61,766 nt of DNA, filler included, from Sphacelaria rigidula (GCA_964200075.2; 5 parts of 5 records of this genome joined end to end with filler, not necessarily neighbours in it); one strand, 5' to 3'. Positions 12,613 through 25,713 are shown, counted from the whole stretch's first letter. Notes: generated by a model from the letters alone, not told the origin. A program made the numbers and translations.

Positions 12613-15600
12613 GTGAGAAGCAAATGGTCACGTTATTGCATACACCCAGCCCCCCCTCGTACAAAACGCGTGTTCTGTTTTTCGGTCTCGAACTCGTTCT
12701 CGTTCTCGCTTTTTCGCTCTTTTGTTATTTTTATTTTTTTACTTTTCACTTCTGTGTTTCATTGTTGTTCAAGTAGTTAGTTAGGGCTTCTTTTCTTTTC
12801 TTTTCTTTTTCTCTTCTTTTTTTCTTCAAATTTTGAAAATCTTTCACAACAGCAGACACCGTTAGGTTTGGCTTGGTTTAGTTGTTTTTTCGAACACAGA
12901 TGACAATGTTTGCGTGAGATTGAGGGTAGAGGATACGATTGAGAGTGAAGAGCGGTCAGTTGAAGAATGAATCGTTTCAGTTCCGAAATGCCCCTCCACG
13001 AGGCCCGATATGCTTCCTGTAGTAGCTTGCCACTGAGGCCCTTGACGTTCCTGAGTAGGATATCGACATGCAGGAGTAAGCACACGCTAGTGATGGAAGC
13101 GAAGAAAAGCACACGCGGAATGGAAAAATGACCAAGTTAGAGCGAATGATCAAAGCCACTCTCAATCAGCGCTCTACTCTAAATATCACGAAATCGTTGT
13201 TAAATGGCGGTTCTTTTGCTTATTTTTCTTATATGGAATGTGATAAGGAACTGTACTGCGTGTTCAGGACAACACTGCGGTACATCCATCGTCTATACTA
13301 TTCACTCTTTTGTTGTGTGTGTTGTGCTGTACGGTTTAGTACCGTCTCTACTACATTTGTTAGGGTGTTTAGCATCAGTTTTTACACCACATGCGCCGCT
13401 GTTTTTACCGTGCGACATGTCGCATACAACGGCGGTGTGGTGTGCGTCACGTGAGCACCCCGCAGCTATTAACATCCCCCGACTCCCGTGTCTATCTTGC
13501 TTGATCGCTACACTGTACTACAACTGTTGGAGGTCTGCAGACGCACAGCACAGCATTCTGTAAAATGTCCGGGGAACACTGTTTTGGGCCGGGCGCGGTA
13601 TTGCTCTCATTTTCTGCCTCCCCCCCCCCCTCCCTTTTTTCATTTCCTTGAGCATTCTTCTCTTCGACTTTGTTACATGTCATTCCGTTGTTCGTGATCC
13701 TAAATGTATGTCCCCTCCTCTGTTATACCTCGCTTTCGTGTTTTTGTTTTTCCTGCTTTTTTGTGAGAAGTCTGTGTCTCACATGGGCGAACATCTCCGG
13801 AGAATGCTGTGTGACAGAGATCCTTCGGTCATGGGCGCGGCGTTGTGCCTGCTGCACGATATGGCGAGGGTAGATGCCTCCAGCTACAAGGTTCGGTTCC
13901 ATGTGTTTTGTTTTGTTTTCCCTTGTTTTGATCGTGTTTTGTGCGCAGTAACAGGTTTGAAGTGGGGTCTTGCTGCAGGGAGATGTGGAGGCCGTTATTC
14001 TCTTTTGCTACGTAGGGGGATCTCTTTATTTTCACCACAAGTGTTTTGCTATAATATGGAGTAATCTTTTTGTTTGTTTTTCGTTTTTTTGCACTATTTT
14101 GTGCGTACGCGTGTTGACCTTTCCCAAAACGTTTTTACCATGACGTCATGAACCCTCTCCCGTAAAAATACGGTCATTTACATGATGGCCCTGAATCATT
14201 GTACTACCCCAGTGCTGGGGAAGGGAAGGGGGGGGGGGGGGGGGGGGCGACTCCTTTTTTTTTTGTTTTTGGGGGGGGGCGCCGCACTCCCTCTCCCCGT
14301 CGTTTTTTTTTCTCNNNNNNNNNNTGGGTTCGTATTGGTCGCATGTGGGATGGCGGTGTGCGTGGGGGGTGGGGGGGGGGGGGGGGGGGGGGGGGGGGAT
14401 ACTTCTTTCTTGCTTGATTTGGTCGTCTGGCCGCTGACCACGCATCCCTTTCGAGTTTTTTTTCCACCTTTCCGTGTTGAAGATAGTATTACTGTGAATG
14501 AATATGGTGACGATACGTTAAATAACACCCTCCCCATGTAACAACACTGCATCGGAGCACGTCGTATACCGCCCCCTTTATAGACACCCCAGAGCGATGA
14601 AAATCTCCCCCTGACCCACCCACCCAAATGATAACATGGGATGTTGTGCTGTATCACACATGGTATATGCCCTTGTGTGGCCTGTCCAGACTGCTCACCT
14701 GAAATCGCAGGGGGCAGGCATATGAGTAGACGTTACACCTTTCCCCCCCACCCCATTATTATTGATCAACTTCTTCGCTTCCATCTTTTCGGATCTTCGG
14801 TATCGTTTTTTCTCATGACTTTCCCACCCCCCTTGCCCAAATGCAAACCACGTTACAGGATCTAGTGCCAAGCTTTGTATCGATTTTGAAGCAAATCACG
14901 GAGCACCGTCTTCCCCGAGACTTCGACTACCACCGCATGCCGGCGCCGTGGATTCAGATGCGGCTCTTGCGAATACTGGCACTGCTGGGTAGGGCCGACA
15001 GGGCCACCAGGTATAGAACCGACCCGACCTGTGCGTGCCCCCGCATTACAATACATCGACGGACGCAGACTATCATTCGACAAACATAGCCCCCGCAATA
15101 GCCCACCAGTCTTTCGTGGGAGCATGGTGTTGTCTCAGTATTATATCGTGGACAATGGAATATGGCAAAAAGTGTGCTTCGTGCGGTATCGAAGTTATTG
15201 TCTAACATTCGGTACTGTACGCGGTACTTACACCTTTTGCCGATGTAAATTACTTTCCAGATTGTACTCAGTATTGATGTTACAATTATTTAGCGAAGCA
15301 CATTGGATGGCACTCTTGACCACTTCAACACTTCTACGCAACTGTTATGTTTGGTGGGGGGAAGAGACTTTTATCCGTGGTCAATGCGGGACGTGAACGA
15401 AGGTAGCATGGAACAGTTTGATGCATTAGACAGTAGGGATGAAGCGATGGCTACAGTAGGAGAAAGGTGGTGGCGACAGAACGCGAACCAGGACGGGGAT
15501 AAGATGTGTAAAAGGTTTTTGTGTTATGCATGAAAGAAACGTGATGAGCACCCAAATGTCGGAGGAGTCTCCATCAGGACCAGGAAAGATGCTCCGTCTC

Positions 15601-17646
15601 GAAAGGGATGCGTGTTCAATGTTCAAACGACGAAGGCAAGCATCAAATAAGTACGCCCACTCCTTGTTTCTACCCCATCTATTTTCAGACCGCTTCCTAC
15701 GGCCCGATTAAAAGAACTCTGGAAAAAAAACTTTGGCGCCGTGACCGTTTCCCAAGAAATCATCCGCAGTACTGCTTTGGTTTCGTTTTCTTCCGTCACA
15801 CAACGGTCGCACGCAATGTCTGTACAGTCAAGATCTGGTGATTAACACACACGCCAACGGTATTTGCGATCATTGCACACATGTATTTTTTTCTCTGTTT
15901 TTCACACAAAAGTCGCCCACACTGAGCAATATAATCAAGATCCGATGATAACACACACGCACGCCAACGCCAACGGCACTTGCAATCATTATACGTTTTT
16001 TTCTTCTTCATGTTTTGGAAAAAAAAAAATCTCAAAAATAAATGAATAGCGAGGGCATGTACGAAGTGCTGATGGACGTGATGAGACGAGCGGACACCGG
16101 CATCAACGTGGGCTACGCCGTGGTGTATGAGTGTGTGAGGACCGTGACCACGATCTACCCCAACGCCCCGCTGCTGGACACGGCGGCGGCGAGCATCTCT
16201 AGGTTCATATCGGCAGAGAACCACAACCTCAAGTGAGAGATTTTGATACTGGTCTTGGTTTTTGGTGTCCATGGTGCCGCCACTCGTAGATTGTCGGCTG
16301 GGTTCATGTCGTTGCGCTAATTTAGGTGAGGGTATATCGTTGCTGTTATTGTTGCTGGTGATGGTATTGGTGTCGGTGGTGGTCTTGTAGCTGTTGTTGT
16401 TATTGGTGGTGGTACAATAGTGGGCTGTCTAACTGTTCAGCGGGGTTTGGGGGGGTTTTCCTCGCGTACTACTGTTCGATAGACCTCGAACTTGCTAGCG
16501 TTGGTATATTTTGGTACAAAAAAACAGATGATGTTCAAAACACAGTGCCCGAGTCAGTGTTAGCTGGTGTTATCGGGCGAAACGAGTAAATACCCCGTTC
16601 ACGAGGAGGGTGTTATTGACCGTGAAACACAGTTTTTCGGCTCTAGTGCAGTGAGTAGGCGGAATTTTAGAAAAATACAACTGTACATTTTTTTAGAAAT
16701 ATGATCGGGACAGGCTCGATTGACCGAAAACACCGAAGAGTAAGAATCTGAGCTGGAACGTCGCAGGACCCCCCGATGACCGGTTAGCCCGTAAGTCACT
16801 CAATATTGAGTACATTTTTTTTTCTTTCTTGGAATGTGGAGCGGATACAACTATCGTTAGATCCCCAACGTGATGAGCGGTAACAAGCGAAAAGAGCCCA
16901 AGAAAACGCCAATTACGAAGGAATCACAAAATGCCACAAAATGAATAGTTGGACCGCTCACTACTGTAGTGCTGGTATTGATGTTGGTTATGGTAGTGCT
17001 GGTATTGATGTTGGTGATGATAGTGGTCGTAGTGCTAGTATTGATGTTATTGATGGTAGTGGTCGTAGTGCTAGTATTGATGTTGGTAATGGTAGTGGTA
17101 GTAGTGCTGGTTTTGATGCTGCTGTTGGCGTTTTTGCAAGAATACCCAAAGATACATGTGTGTATATATCTTCATATATTATATTTCAAGACTGTTGTGT
17201 GTGTCGTCATCCCATTTCTTCTGAACCTCAGTCTACACCTTTCGATATACGTGGGCGCACCAGCCGAGGTCACACAGAAGGAAGGCTAACACGGGAGTTT
17301 TTTTTTTCATTTATTTGTTGTACTTCTACACATTGTTTCTGCCGTACTTGCCCTTACCGTTGACGAATTGAAAATGGTGAATATATAATCAAAAAACCTT
17401 TACAATCTCCATCCCCCCCAAACAGGTACGTGGGCGTAACTGGATTGGCCGCGATCGTGCGAGATCACCCGAAGTATGCTCAGGAGCACCAGATGGCGGT
17501 GATAGACTGCCTCGAAGACCCGGACGAGACTTTGAAGCGCAAGACTTTGGATCTGCTGTACACCATGACCAACCCGATCAACGTGGAGTTCATCGCGGAA
17601 AAGTTGCTGTCGTTTTTGGAGCAAGGGACTGATTCTTTTTGGAGAC

Positions 17647-17685
<39 letters not shown>

Positions 17686-20600
17686 ATTTTTGTGATGGGT
17701 ATGTAGTCTTTTTTTTTTTTCCCTTACCCTCCTGCTCCCCTCCCTACGCCCCTCCCTTTTATTTCTCGTCGGGACGGGACGAATCTCTGACCTGAAGGGA
17801 TGAACGCTATGCATAATTACCCGCATCTGCCTTGACCGTGGTTTACTCCAGTATTTGGATCAGCACTCCCTCACCCCGCCGACGGTTTTAATTAGTTCGC
17901 CCGTGCTGGTACTTTATATTTCTTCTTGAGCATGTGTGTGTGAGTGTGAATTTGAATGAGTGTTAGTGTGAATGTGAGTTTGAGAGAGAATGTGAGTGTA
18001 ACGTACGTGTGTGTACCGCGGGTCACACAGTTTGGATGGGGAAGTATTCGGCGAAATGTGTTCTTTGTGGGGTCTTGCGGTGAAGACTGGTGATGCCTGG
18101 GTTCGGTCAACATTTTGCGCATTCAATTGACAGTCATGTTGGTTGTGTAGTGCTTATCTGTGGCTACTGTGATTTCTCTGCAGAGCGTGGGTGGGAGCTG
18201 TATTATTTCTTCGTGGAGGCGGTTACGGGGTTGAACATGATTTCATGTCCTGTCTTTTTTGTTCACGTACGGCTTTGCTTTTCGGCTCGCTACATGCTTT
18301 TTTTGCTGCGGCATTTTGCGCCCCCTGCCCTCCCTTCCCATTGGGTTTGGTGCGCTTGTTTGCTGATTACAATCATGCCTATCGTGTTGACATGCTGTGC
18401 ATGTATGTCACTCTTCATGTTCGTTCTGCTCATGGTGCTTCGTTTTTCCATGTGTTGTGTGTGTTTTTGTGTGGCCGGTCTGCTGGGGATGGTATATGGT
18501 GCAGGACTTGGTCAACCGCATCACGCAGTGCGCCGAACGCTTCGCGCCCAGCAATTCGTGGTATGTCCGAATCATCACTCGCGTCTTCAGGCTGGCAGGC
18601 GATATGGTCAAGGCAGATGTGGGCCACAATTTGATGCAGGTACGAGCTGGGCCAGCCAAGAGTAAGAGTGAATCTCGCTCAGGCGATGCACGGCGTGATG
18701 TCAGGAGTTGGACGCTGAAAGTTTGACAGCAGCTTTTCATTATCGAAATGCAGAAGATCACGGGACCAGCAAAGGAAAAATAAGGAAGTTATGAGGATTC
18801 AAATATTCAGCAAAAACAAGATAATGCCGTAAGTCCAGGAAAAAGATGAGAGGTTGCAGCTGCTCACGTGATGTATCATTTCCTTGGATGCAGAAAGACT
18901 TGCTGAAATGTCAGCTGAAGAGTCGTCGACTTGGGCCGTGCGTGCAACATTTTGCGTGACGCTGCTGCACCCCTATAAATAAAGTGATGCGAGACTCCAA
19001 TTATGGAAATCATGAGTTCGAATCCCGAGAGGTTCTCTTTTTTTTCGTCCGTTGTTGAGGTCATATATTATGCAGTACATTTTTTTCATTAAGCGGCGGT
19101 GCCGTGTGGTACCAGGTTGATACTTCACAGATGATGCTTACATCGGGTCCATTTGGGGAAACTGGGGAAGCTGTTGTGTGAGCATGTTTTAGCAGCTTTA
19201 AAGCTGGCCCAGCTCGTACATGTTTCATGTATGTATACGTCTTCAACCACAAATGGTGTTCATGAAAGATCATGCTGTTTTTGCGCCATATCAACATTTG
19301 AACTGATCTGCGCAGGGAACTAGCAAGGTTGTGCTCTATAGGGTATACCGGCTAAAGGTAGGGTGTTTACAGAAGTATAGATAGCATTTTTATTGGCAGC
19401 GGCGCTTTGAAGCCATATCGGATGTTCGGAACCCAGCTCGATACCCTGTCGAATCATCACGGAATATTCGGTACACATTCCGGGATAGTCTGGTATGTCA
19501 ACCGAGAGTCCCGCACCTCCGGGTTCAATCTCTTCAGAACACAACCTCAATACTCCGTTTTGTGGTACAGTAAGTGCCGGTATTGTTTGACCCCAAAAGC
19601 CGTTCTGACTTGGTCCTTTTCCCGTACCCGAATGCGTGCGTGCCATGTTCCTCTGTGTTCGTTTTGGTGTGTCTTCGTGTGTTGTGTGTTGCGTGTGTAG
19701 CTGATCGCTGAGGGGAGCGGTGAGGATGAGGAGGGAGACGTGGAGCTGCGCAGAGAGGCGGTCGACAATTATTTGGAACTGCTAGACACCCCCGCCGTCC
19801 CCGATCAGGCAATATTATCATTACGTGCCCCATGCCGCTGTCTCAGTATGAAGTTGTCGTTTTTTTTAATGAGAATCTAGAGTAACCGACGGTGCTGAAA
19901 GATACTAGCGTTGAAACATTAACCAAGAACTATGTCTTGCGAGGTATATGCACAGAATTCTCCAGCGATGTATTTCTTGGCTATCGTTTTTCAGTGTGTT
20001 TTTTTTGTGCATCCCTTGGTGTACCGACTCACCAGCGAAATCATCTCTACAACCGTGTCCACCTTTGCTCCTCATGTCTTCGCTGTTATGCATGTTGCGC
20101 CACACGTTTTTTTTTTTCTTCACGTTTTCGTGTTGTCCGCCATGTTTATTTTTTTGTGTGTGTGGCAGTTGATGCAAGTAATGGCGTGGGTTCTAGGCGA
20201 ATATGGAGCCCTAGCATCGATCGAGGGGGGATTGCGGGCTGTCTCCCAGCGACTGTGTGATGTCGCGGAGGGTGTTTCATTCCGGGATCCAAGCACCTGC
20301 GGTTTCGTCGTGACAGCCCTCATGAAGCTGTCGGCGCAATCCGGGTTAGTACACATATCCCGTCCCCGTGACACATGTCCAACTCATGTGACACATATGT
20401 TATTCCCGTGAAACGTATCCTTTTCCCTCAACGCATGTCCTATTCCCGTGACACATATTATCATCCCGTGAAACATGTCATGATTCCCGTAACACGTGTC
20501 CCATCTTCGTGATGCATGTCATATTCCTATGGTGATGGTGTATAGCTGTGCTGGCGCTGCATAACAGTGGTCTGGTTGGTACACGGGAAGCCACTCAATG

Positions 20601-23600
20601 CGGAGGGATGCGGGTTCGACTCCCGACGGAAAGCGGTGTTTTTTTTTAGCGGAATCTGGTTTCTGTCGGTAATCGTGTGAGGACGCGCGAGGGCGTTCTA
20701 TTCATCTATCTGGATCCCGTCGTTAACCGCGTGGGGATAGTAGTATGAACCCGTGTCCTGAGTTAGCAGGCCCTCGAATCTGTAGAGGTCGCGTGAAGTG
20801 ACGTGATGTGGAGCCAGAAAATCATGTTGAAAAATGAGGAGAGCAAAAATAACATACGGAAAACTGTGTGCGTTTGTGTATTTTATTTTTGTCTTCTTCC
20901 TTGTTTTACTTACTGCAAATCTACCCCGAATGATAACCCCTTTGCGCCTTCGGGTGTTGAGTCCGTATTTTTTATCACAGTATCCAATTGTTCAGACCCG
21001 CAGTCGAAGGTTTCCGGGCCAACACGCATGAACAAGCGTAGTCCCTTCTTGGGTGCGGGGGGAAGCAGGTATATATGTCATTGCAGTAGGGGGTTGTAGG
21101 CGATACTGTCCTCACGCTGAAAGGAAAACACCATCAGTCGGCGATGTCGTTGTGTTCGACCCCTCTTCTTTTTTTTTCCTCAGAGCGTGTTTCAGTTTCA
21201 GTTTTTTTTGGGTACGTCTATATCATGAGACCAGGGCTGGACCCCCGGGGGGTCAGTTGAAGTGCGACAATCAATCAATCAATCAATCATCAACACATAT
21301 AATTCGGATGGGAAAAACCCGAGCAGCCGCATCCCAGTAAGCAAACCATGGACTCAGATTAATTTGATTGATCGTCGCACTTGAATTGACCACCCATTGG
21401 TCCAGCGGTGGTTGCATGATTCATAACCAAGAAAAGCAAAGCTGAAACACGCGTTCAAGGAAACGAAGAAGCAGAAAAAAAGTCGAACAGAACGACATCA
21501 TGGACTAGGACGTGAAAAAAAATAATAATGAAGAAAATAAAAAATCATCAAAAGCAAAGCACATACAGAGATGGCCGACCTAAAAAACAAAACAGCTGAA
21601 AAAAAGGAAAAAGCCCGAGGGATTCAGGGCAGCAGAGTAGATACATACATACACCAGTGGGCACCGCAGAGGCACCGACTAAGAACATAATCAACAACCG
21701 ATACGAGCAGACAGGATTCTTCGATTGGCGGCCCTCGATGCAGCAGCCTCTCAAATGAGAAAGCAGTGTCATACACACTATTTTTGATCGGCACGATGTT
21801 TTGTTGGAAGGTGACGATTATATCAGAACCAGGTGTAGGTGCCTCGTGTGTGGGTACTCGAAAGGTCAACCCGCGTACAGGGTAAGCAGCATCATGGGTT
21901 TGTGGAAGGTTAGTGAAGCGAACCAGGGTTCGAATCATGGGTCTGGTAAGGGCAGATGTTTTTTTTTTTTGGAGTCACAGTATGGATTGTGCCAGACGAT
22001 TGTGATCGCGGTTCACACTTTACAAACAATTGGTATACTGTGGGTATTTGTTGTTGGACACTTTTTACGATAGACCCCTCCCCCAAAGTACCTGGTTTGG
22101 GGAAAATCTTCACGTAAATGGAAAAAGAAAAAGCCGAGCACAACGAGCAGCTGGGAATCCCCACGCTTGGGTTCGTCTTCGCCAATGTCGCTCAGATGAG
22201 GCGCTTCATGCAGCCTGAACGCAAACACCAGGCGCTGTATGACCATTTTTTTCGTGACACTCTTGGGGGGGGGGGGGCTATCGTAGACAGTGTTGTTGAG
22301 AATTTCGAAACCGAAAACAACGTTTTGCAGTTGGAAAGGTTTCAGCAACATCCGAGCTGGTTCATGTTTTTTCACCCGAAATTATGTCATCAGCAAATGC
22401 CTTCGTCAGTACCTACCCAATAGTCGCATACATGTTATCGCACTGACCGCCATGTAGAACTGAAGAGGGTGACAATGCCGAATTTTGTTCAAGGCCATAG
22501 CGGTGGCGCTAAGGGGGAAGAGGTGCCTCGACCAATCAACGACCTTCAAACTGTTCTTAAATTCAAAATGCGATTTTACGACCCAATTTTTACCCAATCT
22601 TCACATGCTTCAAACAGTAGTAACCGCCATCAGCTCGGGAGCTAAAGAGGGAAAAAATATCAAAACGGTTACCTGAGGGAACACTTCTGTCCCAAACCAT
22701 GGTGTTTCGGTGATATAGAGGTTATGGCGTCGGCCGGATTATCCACTGATGGAGCCTGCTGAAGGTTTCCGTTGAATTTGTTGTAAAAAGAGTTCAAACC
22801 ACCCTCAAACTAGGCAGTCCGGTAGGTATTGGTGATCCAAGTGGGGGAAATGTGTTTTTGAAAGATGCTTCAAAGTTTCTCCGCTCTCCACCTGCTTCCG
22901 GGGGTCCCCACGTTCAGATCCCCGGGAGCCGGTACAGAATGCCTCTCGAGCAAAATGAAAACTGTACGGGTCCCGGAGTGTTTTCGTTGTGTAACACGAA
23001 AACCTGGTGCGATTTGTCTCGTTTTCACATCAAACTACGTTTCCACATTAAAATCGAGTAGTTGGGAGTTTCCGCGTTTTAAGCTCATCTCATCGCACAA
23101 GAATGCAATTTTTACGCCAATTCTTGGAGTTGGGATCTGAAACATTGCACAGATATAATGTGAGCGAATTAAGGAACTTTTGATGGATGAGGTTTTTCGG
23201 GGGGGGTTTTAGTTCGCTAGTTATCGGGGGTCCTAGAGGGGCATGTAATCCACAACACCCGGGACCCCCAAGAACTGGTGAATGAAAAAACTCGGAAGAC
23301 CTCACCTATTTAGTATTTTCTTGCGTACATGGTTTATGTGTGTAAATGGTCAGAGTCTGACCCCAGGAATCGGCGTGAACATTTGTGGATAAGTGAATTC
23401 TGGTTGATGAGCGTGAACGAGCTCGTACGCATGATACTACGGAGGGCCGAGACCCCCCCCCATCCTCCATCTTCCTCCACAGCCGGCTCACGTTGATTTA
23501 CTTGCGTCTTGTTTTTTTATCGTTTTTATACCTTGTTGGAATACATGCAGGGAGGTGTCGCCGCCTGTGGCGCATCTGTTGACGCTGTACTCTCAGTCCA

Positions 23601-23710
23601 AGCACTCAGACCTACAGCAGCGATGCCTGGAGTTTCTGCAGCTTGCGAGAGAGGGGCCGGCAGCGATGGCCGCCGTATTGCCGGTGGATGCTAGCTGCGA
23701 GGATGTTGAG
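12491..23710 (+). CDS. AP4E1: AP-4 adaptor complex subunit epsilon (Adaptin_N trunk), internal part: join(12491-12612,13771-13890,14859-15010,16050-16232,17426-17648,18505-18639,19701-19808,20169-20344,23551-23710)
   Basis: Nine exons with AG acceptors and GT donors (one GC) in compatible phases. They splice into ...[11 protein letters not shown]...[11 protein letters not shown]...[32 protein letters not shown]...[18 protein letters not shown]...[11 protein letters not shown]...LIAEGSGED...WVLGEYG...DLQQRCLEF...[11 protein letters not shown], all hallmark AP-4 epsilon motifs. 5' and 3' exons lie outside the segment. Confidence 0.95.
12902..13201. mobile_element. MITE family A, intact ~300-bp copy in an AP4E intron
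   Basis: ~45-bp imperfect TIRs; flanks AGAT/AAAT. Homologous to 10055-10654, 24750-24845 and 50648-50855. Confidence 0.8.
13771..13890 (+). CDS. AP4E1: AP-4 epsilon exon (SVSHMGEH...DASSYK)
   Basis: gagaag| acceptor, |gttcgg donor, phase 0/0. Confidence 0.9.
14859..15010 (+). CDS. AP4E1: AP-4 epsilon exon (DLVPSFV...RADRAT)
   Basis: ttacag| acceptor, |gtatag donor, phase 0/2. Confidence 0.92.
16050..16232 (+). CDS. AP4E1: AP-4 epsilon exon (EGMYEVL...ENHNL)
   Basis: gaatag| acceptor, |gtgaga donor, phase 2/2. Confidence 0.92.
16966..17125. repeat. Minisatellite, 24-30 bp unit TAGTGCTGGTATTGATGTTGGT...
   Basis: About five degenerate tandem units in an intron. Confidence 0.8.
17193..17360 (-). 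mobile_element. SINE family 1, 5'-truncated copy
   Basis: Matches 32640-32790 (CATCCC..TCTG..AGTCTACACCTTTCG..GTGGGCGCACCAGCCGAGGTCACACAG). Confidence 0.7.
17426..17648 (+). CDS. AP4E1: AP-4 epsilon exon (YVGVTGL...DSFWRQ)
   Basis: aaacag| acceptor; the donor is the first GT of a (GT)n microsatellite; phase 2/0. Confidence 0.92.
18505..18639 (+). CDS. AP4E1: AP-4 epsilon exon (DLVNRIT...GHNLMQ)
   Basis: gtgcag| acceptor, |gtacga donor, phase 0/0. Confidence 0.92.
19701..19808 (+). CDS. AP4E1: AP-4 epsilon exon (LIAEGSG...AVPDQ), GC donor
   Basis: gtgtag| acceptor; CAG|gcaata donor keeps phase 0 and gives [10 protein letters not shown]. Confidence 0.85.
20169..20344 (+). CDS. AP4E1: AP-4 epsilon exon ([13 protein letters not shown]...SAQSG)
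   Basis: tggcag| acceptor, |gttagt donor, phase 0/2. Confidence 0.9.
20362..20530. repeat. ~20-bp tandem repeat (TTCCCGTGACACATGTCC-like), ~8 units
   Basis: Recurrent CCCGTGA(C/A)AC(A/G)T immediately after an AP4E donor. Confidence 0.75.
20560..20880 (+). mobile_element. SINE family 2 (tRNA-like head)
   Basis: A-box TGGTCTGGTTGG and B-box GGTTCGACTCC. The body CGGTGTTTT..AGCGGAATCTGGTTTCTGT matches the minus-strand copy at 44770-45100. 3' end approximate. Confidence 0.55.
21140..21500. mobile_element. Foldback/MITE with ~150-bp imperfect inverted arms
   Basis: GATGTCGTTGTGTTCGAC...GCGTGTTTCAG...CAGTTGAAGTGCGAC mirrored by GTCGCACTTGAATTG...CTGAAACACGC...GTCGAACAGAACGACATC. Confidence 0.7.
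22057..22294. mobile_element. MITE family D (GACAC...GTGTC termini, 4-bp TSD)
   Basis: TIR GACACTTTYTACGATAG-CCCC; TSD GTTG/GTTG. Second copy at 33633-33884 with TSD ATCT/ATCT. Confidence 0.8.
23551..23710 (+). CDS. AP4E1: AP-4 epsilon exon (EVSPPVA...SCEDVE)
   Basis: atgcag| acceptor, |gtgagc donor, phase 2/0. Confidence 0.9.
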
Positions 23711-24648
23711 GTGAGCAGGCGACCAAGGCGGTAGGGGGAAGGAAGCACAGAAGACGGGGCGGGAATCGAAACGGCGTGCTGTGTTGAAGTATAAAGTAAA
23801 ACATTCTACAGAATTTGCGTATACATGGATGGTTGGCCTGTTGACCCTCATGTATGTGTGATCACCCTCATTTTTAGTCCGATCACAATTGTTTTTGTGA
23901 GTTCGATGTGGTGTGTCTCTTTTCCTTTTTATTGTTTTCGCTTTTCCATTCGACAATTTTGTTCTCGTTCGTGAACCCCAGTCGGATCGACAGACCCCTT
24001 GTGGCTTAATTCTATGTTAGGGCAATGGCCTACAAAAGGTATACCTTCTCGTTTCTTGCCTAGGAAAGGTACGAAGAATGGCCAGTGACGCGAAAACAGC
24101 CAAACACGCCATTTTGACCGTTTTCGCTCCGGATTTTTCACGCATATCGTTCGGGGGGGCCACTGGCACCTGGGACTCGGAAAAAAAAACGGATAAAAAA
24201 CATGTTACTCGAGAGATATGGCCACGCAAAAACGGACATTTCGCCGAGGTATACCTGATCTAGGAATTATTTTTCAATCGTACCTTAACTGGGCCACCGA
24301 TCGACCGAGAACGTACCTCTGCTAGGCCATCGCTCTTTACACTGTGCCAGGGAGTCTACGCGCCAACGCCAACCATGGCGCTCATACATTCGGCTCTTTT
24401 CCCGCTCATTTGCCGTTCACGGTCGCCACAACGACCACTCCCCTTTCTCCCCGGAATGGTTCCCGAGTCTCTCCGCATCGACAAAATAACTGGACTCATA
24501 ACTCATAACGCGTCGGTTTTATGTGATACCGGGGTTTGTGAAAAACCGTACTGTTCCGATCTCGGGGCTGGTGTCATGATCAAGCTAGGCTCTTCCGTTA
24601 CGAACGGGTGGTTGTCACATCATCGATGGTTGGTTCAAGCAACGGATA

Positions 24649-24748
24649 NNNNNNNNNNNNNNNNNNNNNNNNNNNNNNNNNNNNNNNNNNNNTTAATTAA
24701 TTAANNNNNNNNNNNNNNNNNNNNNNNNNNNNNNNNNNNNNNNNNNNN
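24649..24748. other. Artificial contig linker
   Basis: N44-TTAATTAATTAA-N44. Confidence 0.97.
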
Positions 24749-24749
24749 G

Positions 24750-24845
24750 GCAGCGCATCTCGGAACTGAAGCGATCCCTACACCGATTGACCGCTTTTCA
24801 CTCTCAATCGTATCATCTACTCTCAATCTCACGAAAACACTGTTA
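24750..24845. mobile_element. MITE family A, terminal fragment cut by the segment edge
   Basis: GACCGCTTTTCACTCTCAATCGTATC..TACTCTCAATCTCACGAAAACACTGTT. Confidence 0.75.
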
Positions 24846-25713
24846 TACGAAATACTACCTGCTGCCTGCAGTAGGACGCTTGGATGCCGCATTTTCTTGT
24901 TGTCGTACACGGTGCATCATTGTATATCATTGCGCACTACACATACTGCATCTCGTGCTAGATGCCGCCCCCCCACTGCGGTATAGACAAGACATATGGC
25001 TGACAACCTGCTGATTCGAATATCCATCACGATTTGGCACAATTAGTGTACGTTGTACGCATCCTGCGAAGGTCGATGCAGACGCATCTCGTCATCACAC
25101 TAAAAAATGACCAGTCACGAAATTACATGATGTGTTCACTCGTCGCCCGTCCCATGTCGGGGGACTCGTGTCCAAGGACAACGGCAAACGAAAAACTGAC
25201 ATTTGATTGATGAATGATTGTTAGATTATTTGTCTCGCATGAATCGATCCGCTTCTAATCCAGTCGAGGTCGCAAGATATGGGTGCAATCCAGGACACGA
25301 GGTGCAAGAAAGGAAACAGACAATGGGGTAGAAATTGGGAAAAATACTGGAGTAGACAAGAAGAATGAAGTAGCCGGAGAAAGTACAGAACCAAAACACA
25401 CAAAAAAACAAATGGGACGCTAAGATAATACTTCGTATATATATATATATATACGTGAGCTTCCCACCTATCCCCCACATCTCACATCCAAACGGTTCCG
25501 AGATGCCCTTCATTGAAGTTCCTCGAATACATTCCAAGCAATACCGCGGTACCCTTTGCTTCGCTTTTTCACAGCGGTACTGCAACGTTTTTCAGACCTG
25601 CGATCGATCACACTGGCAGTTTGAATGTCTAGTTCCAGAGCATACACGCATTTGAGACCCGCGGTCGATGATAGCAAAGGTTTTGCCCACAATATCACAG
25701 CAGGCCAGCATTT

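Noticed and set aside
14190..14420. Gly/Pro-rich ORFs around 10-N gaps (also 4200-4385, 53660-53745)
   Set aside because: Poly-G/poly-C runs next to gaps look like low-quality sequence
22118..22423. Repeated small [19 protein letters not shown] (also 33707-33898)
   Set aside because: Internal sequence of MITE D; frames differ and are not conserved between copies
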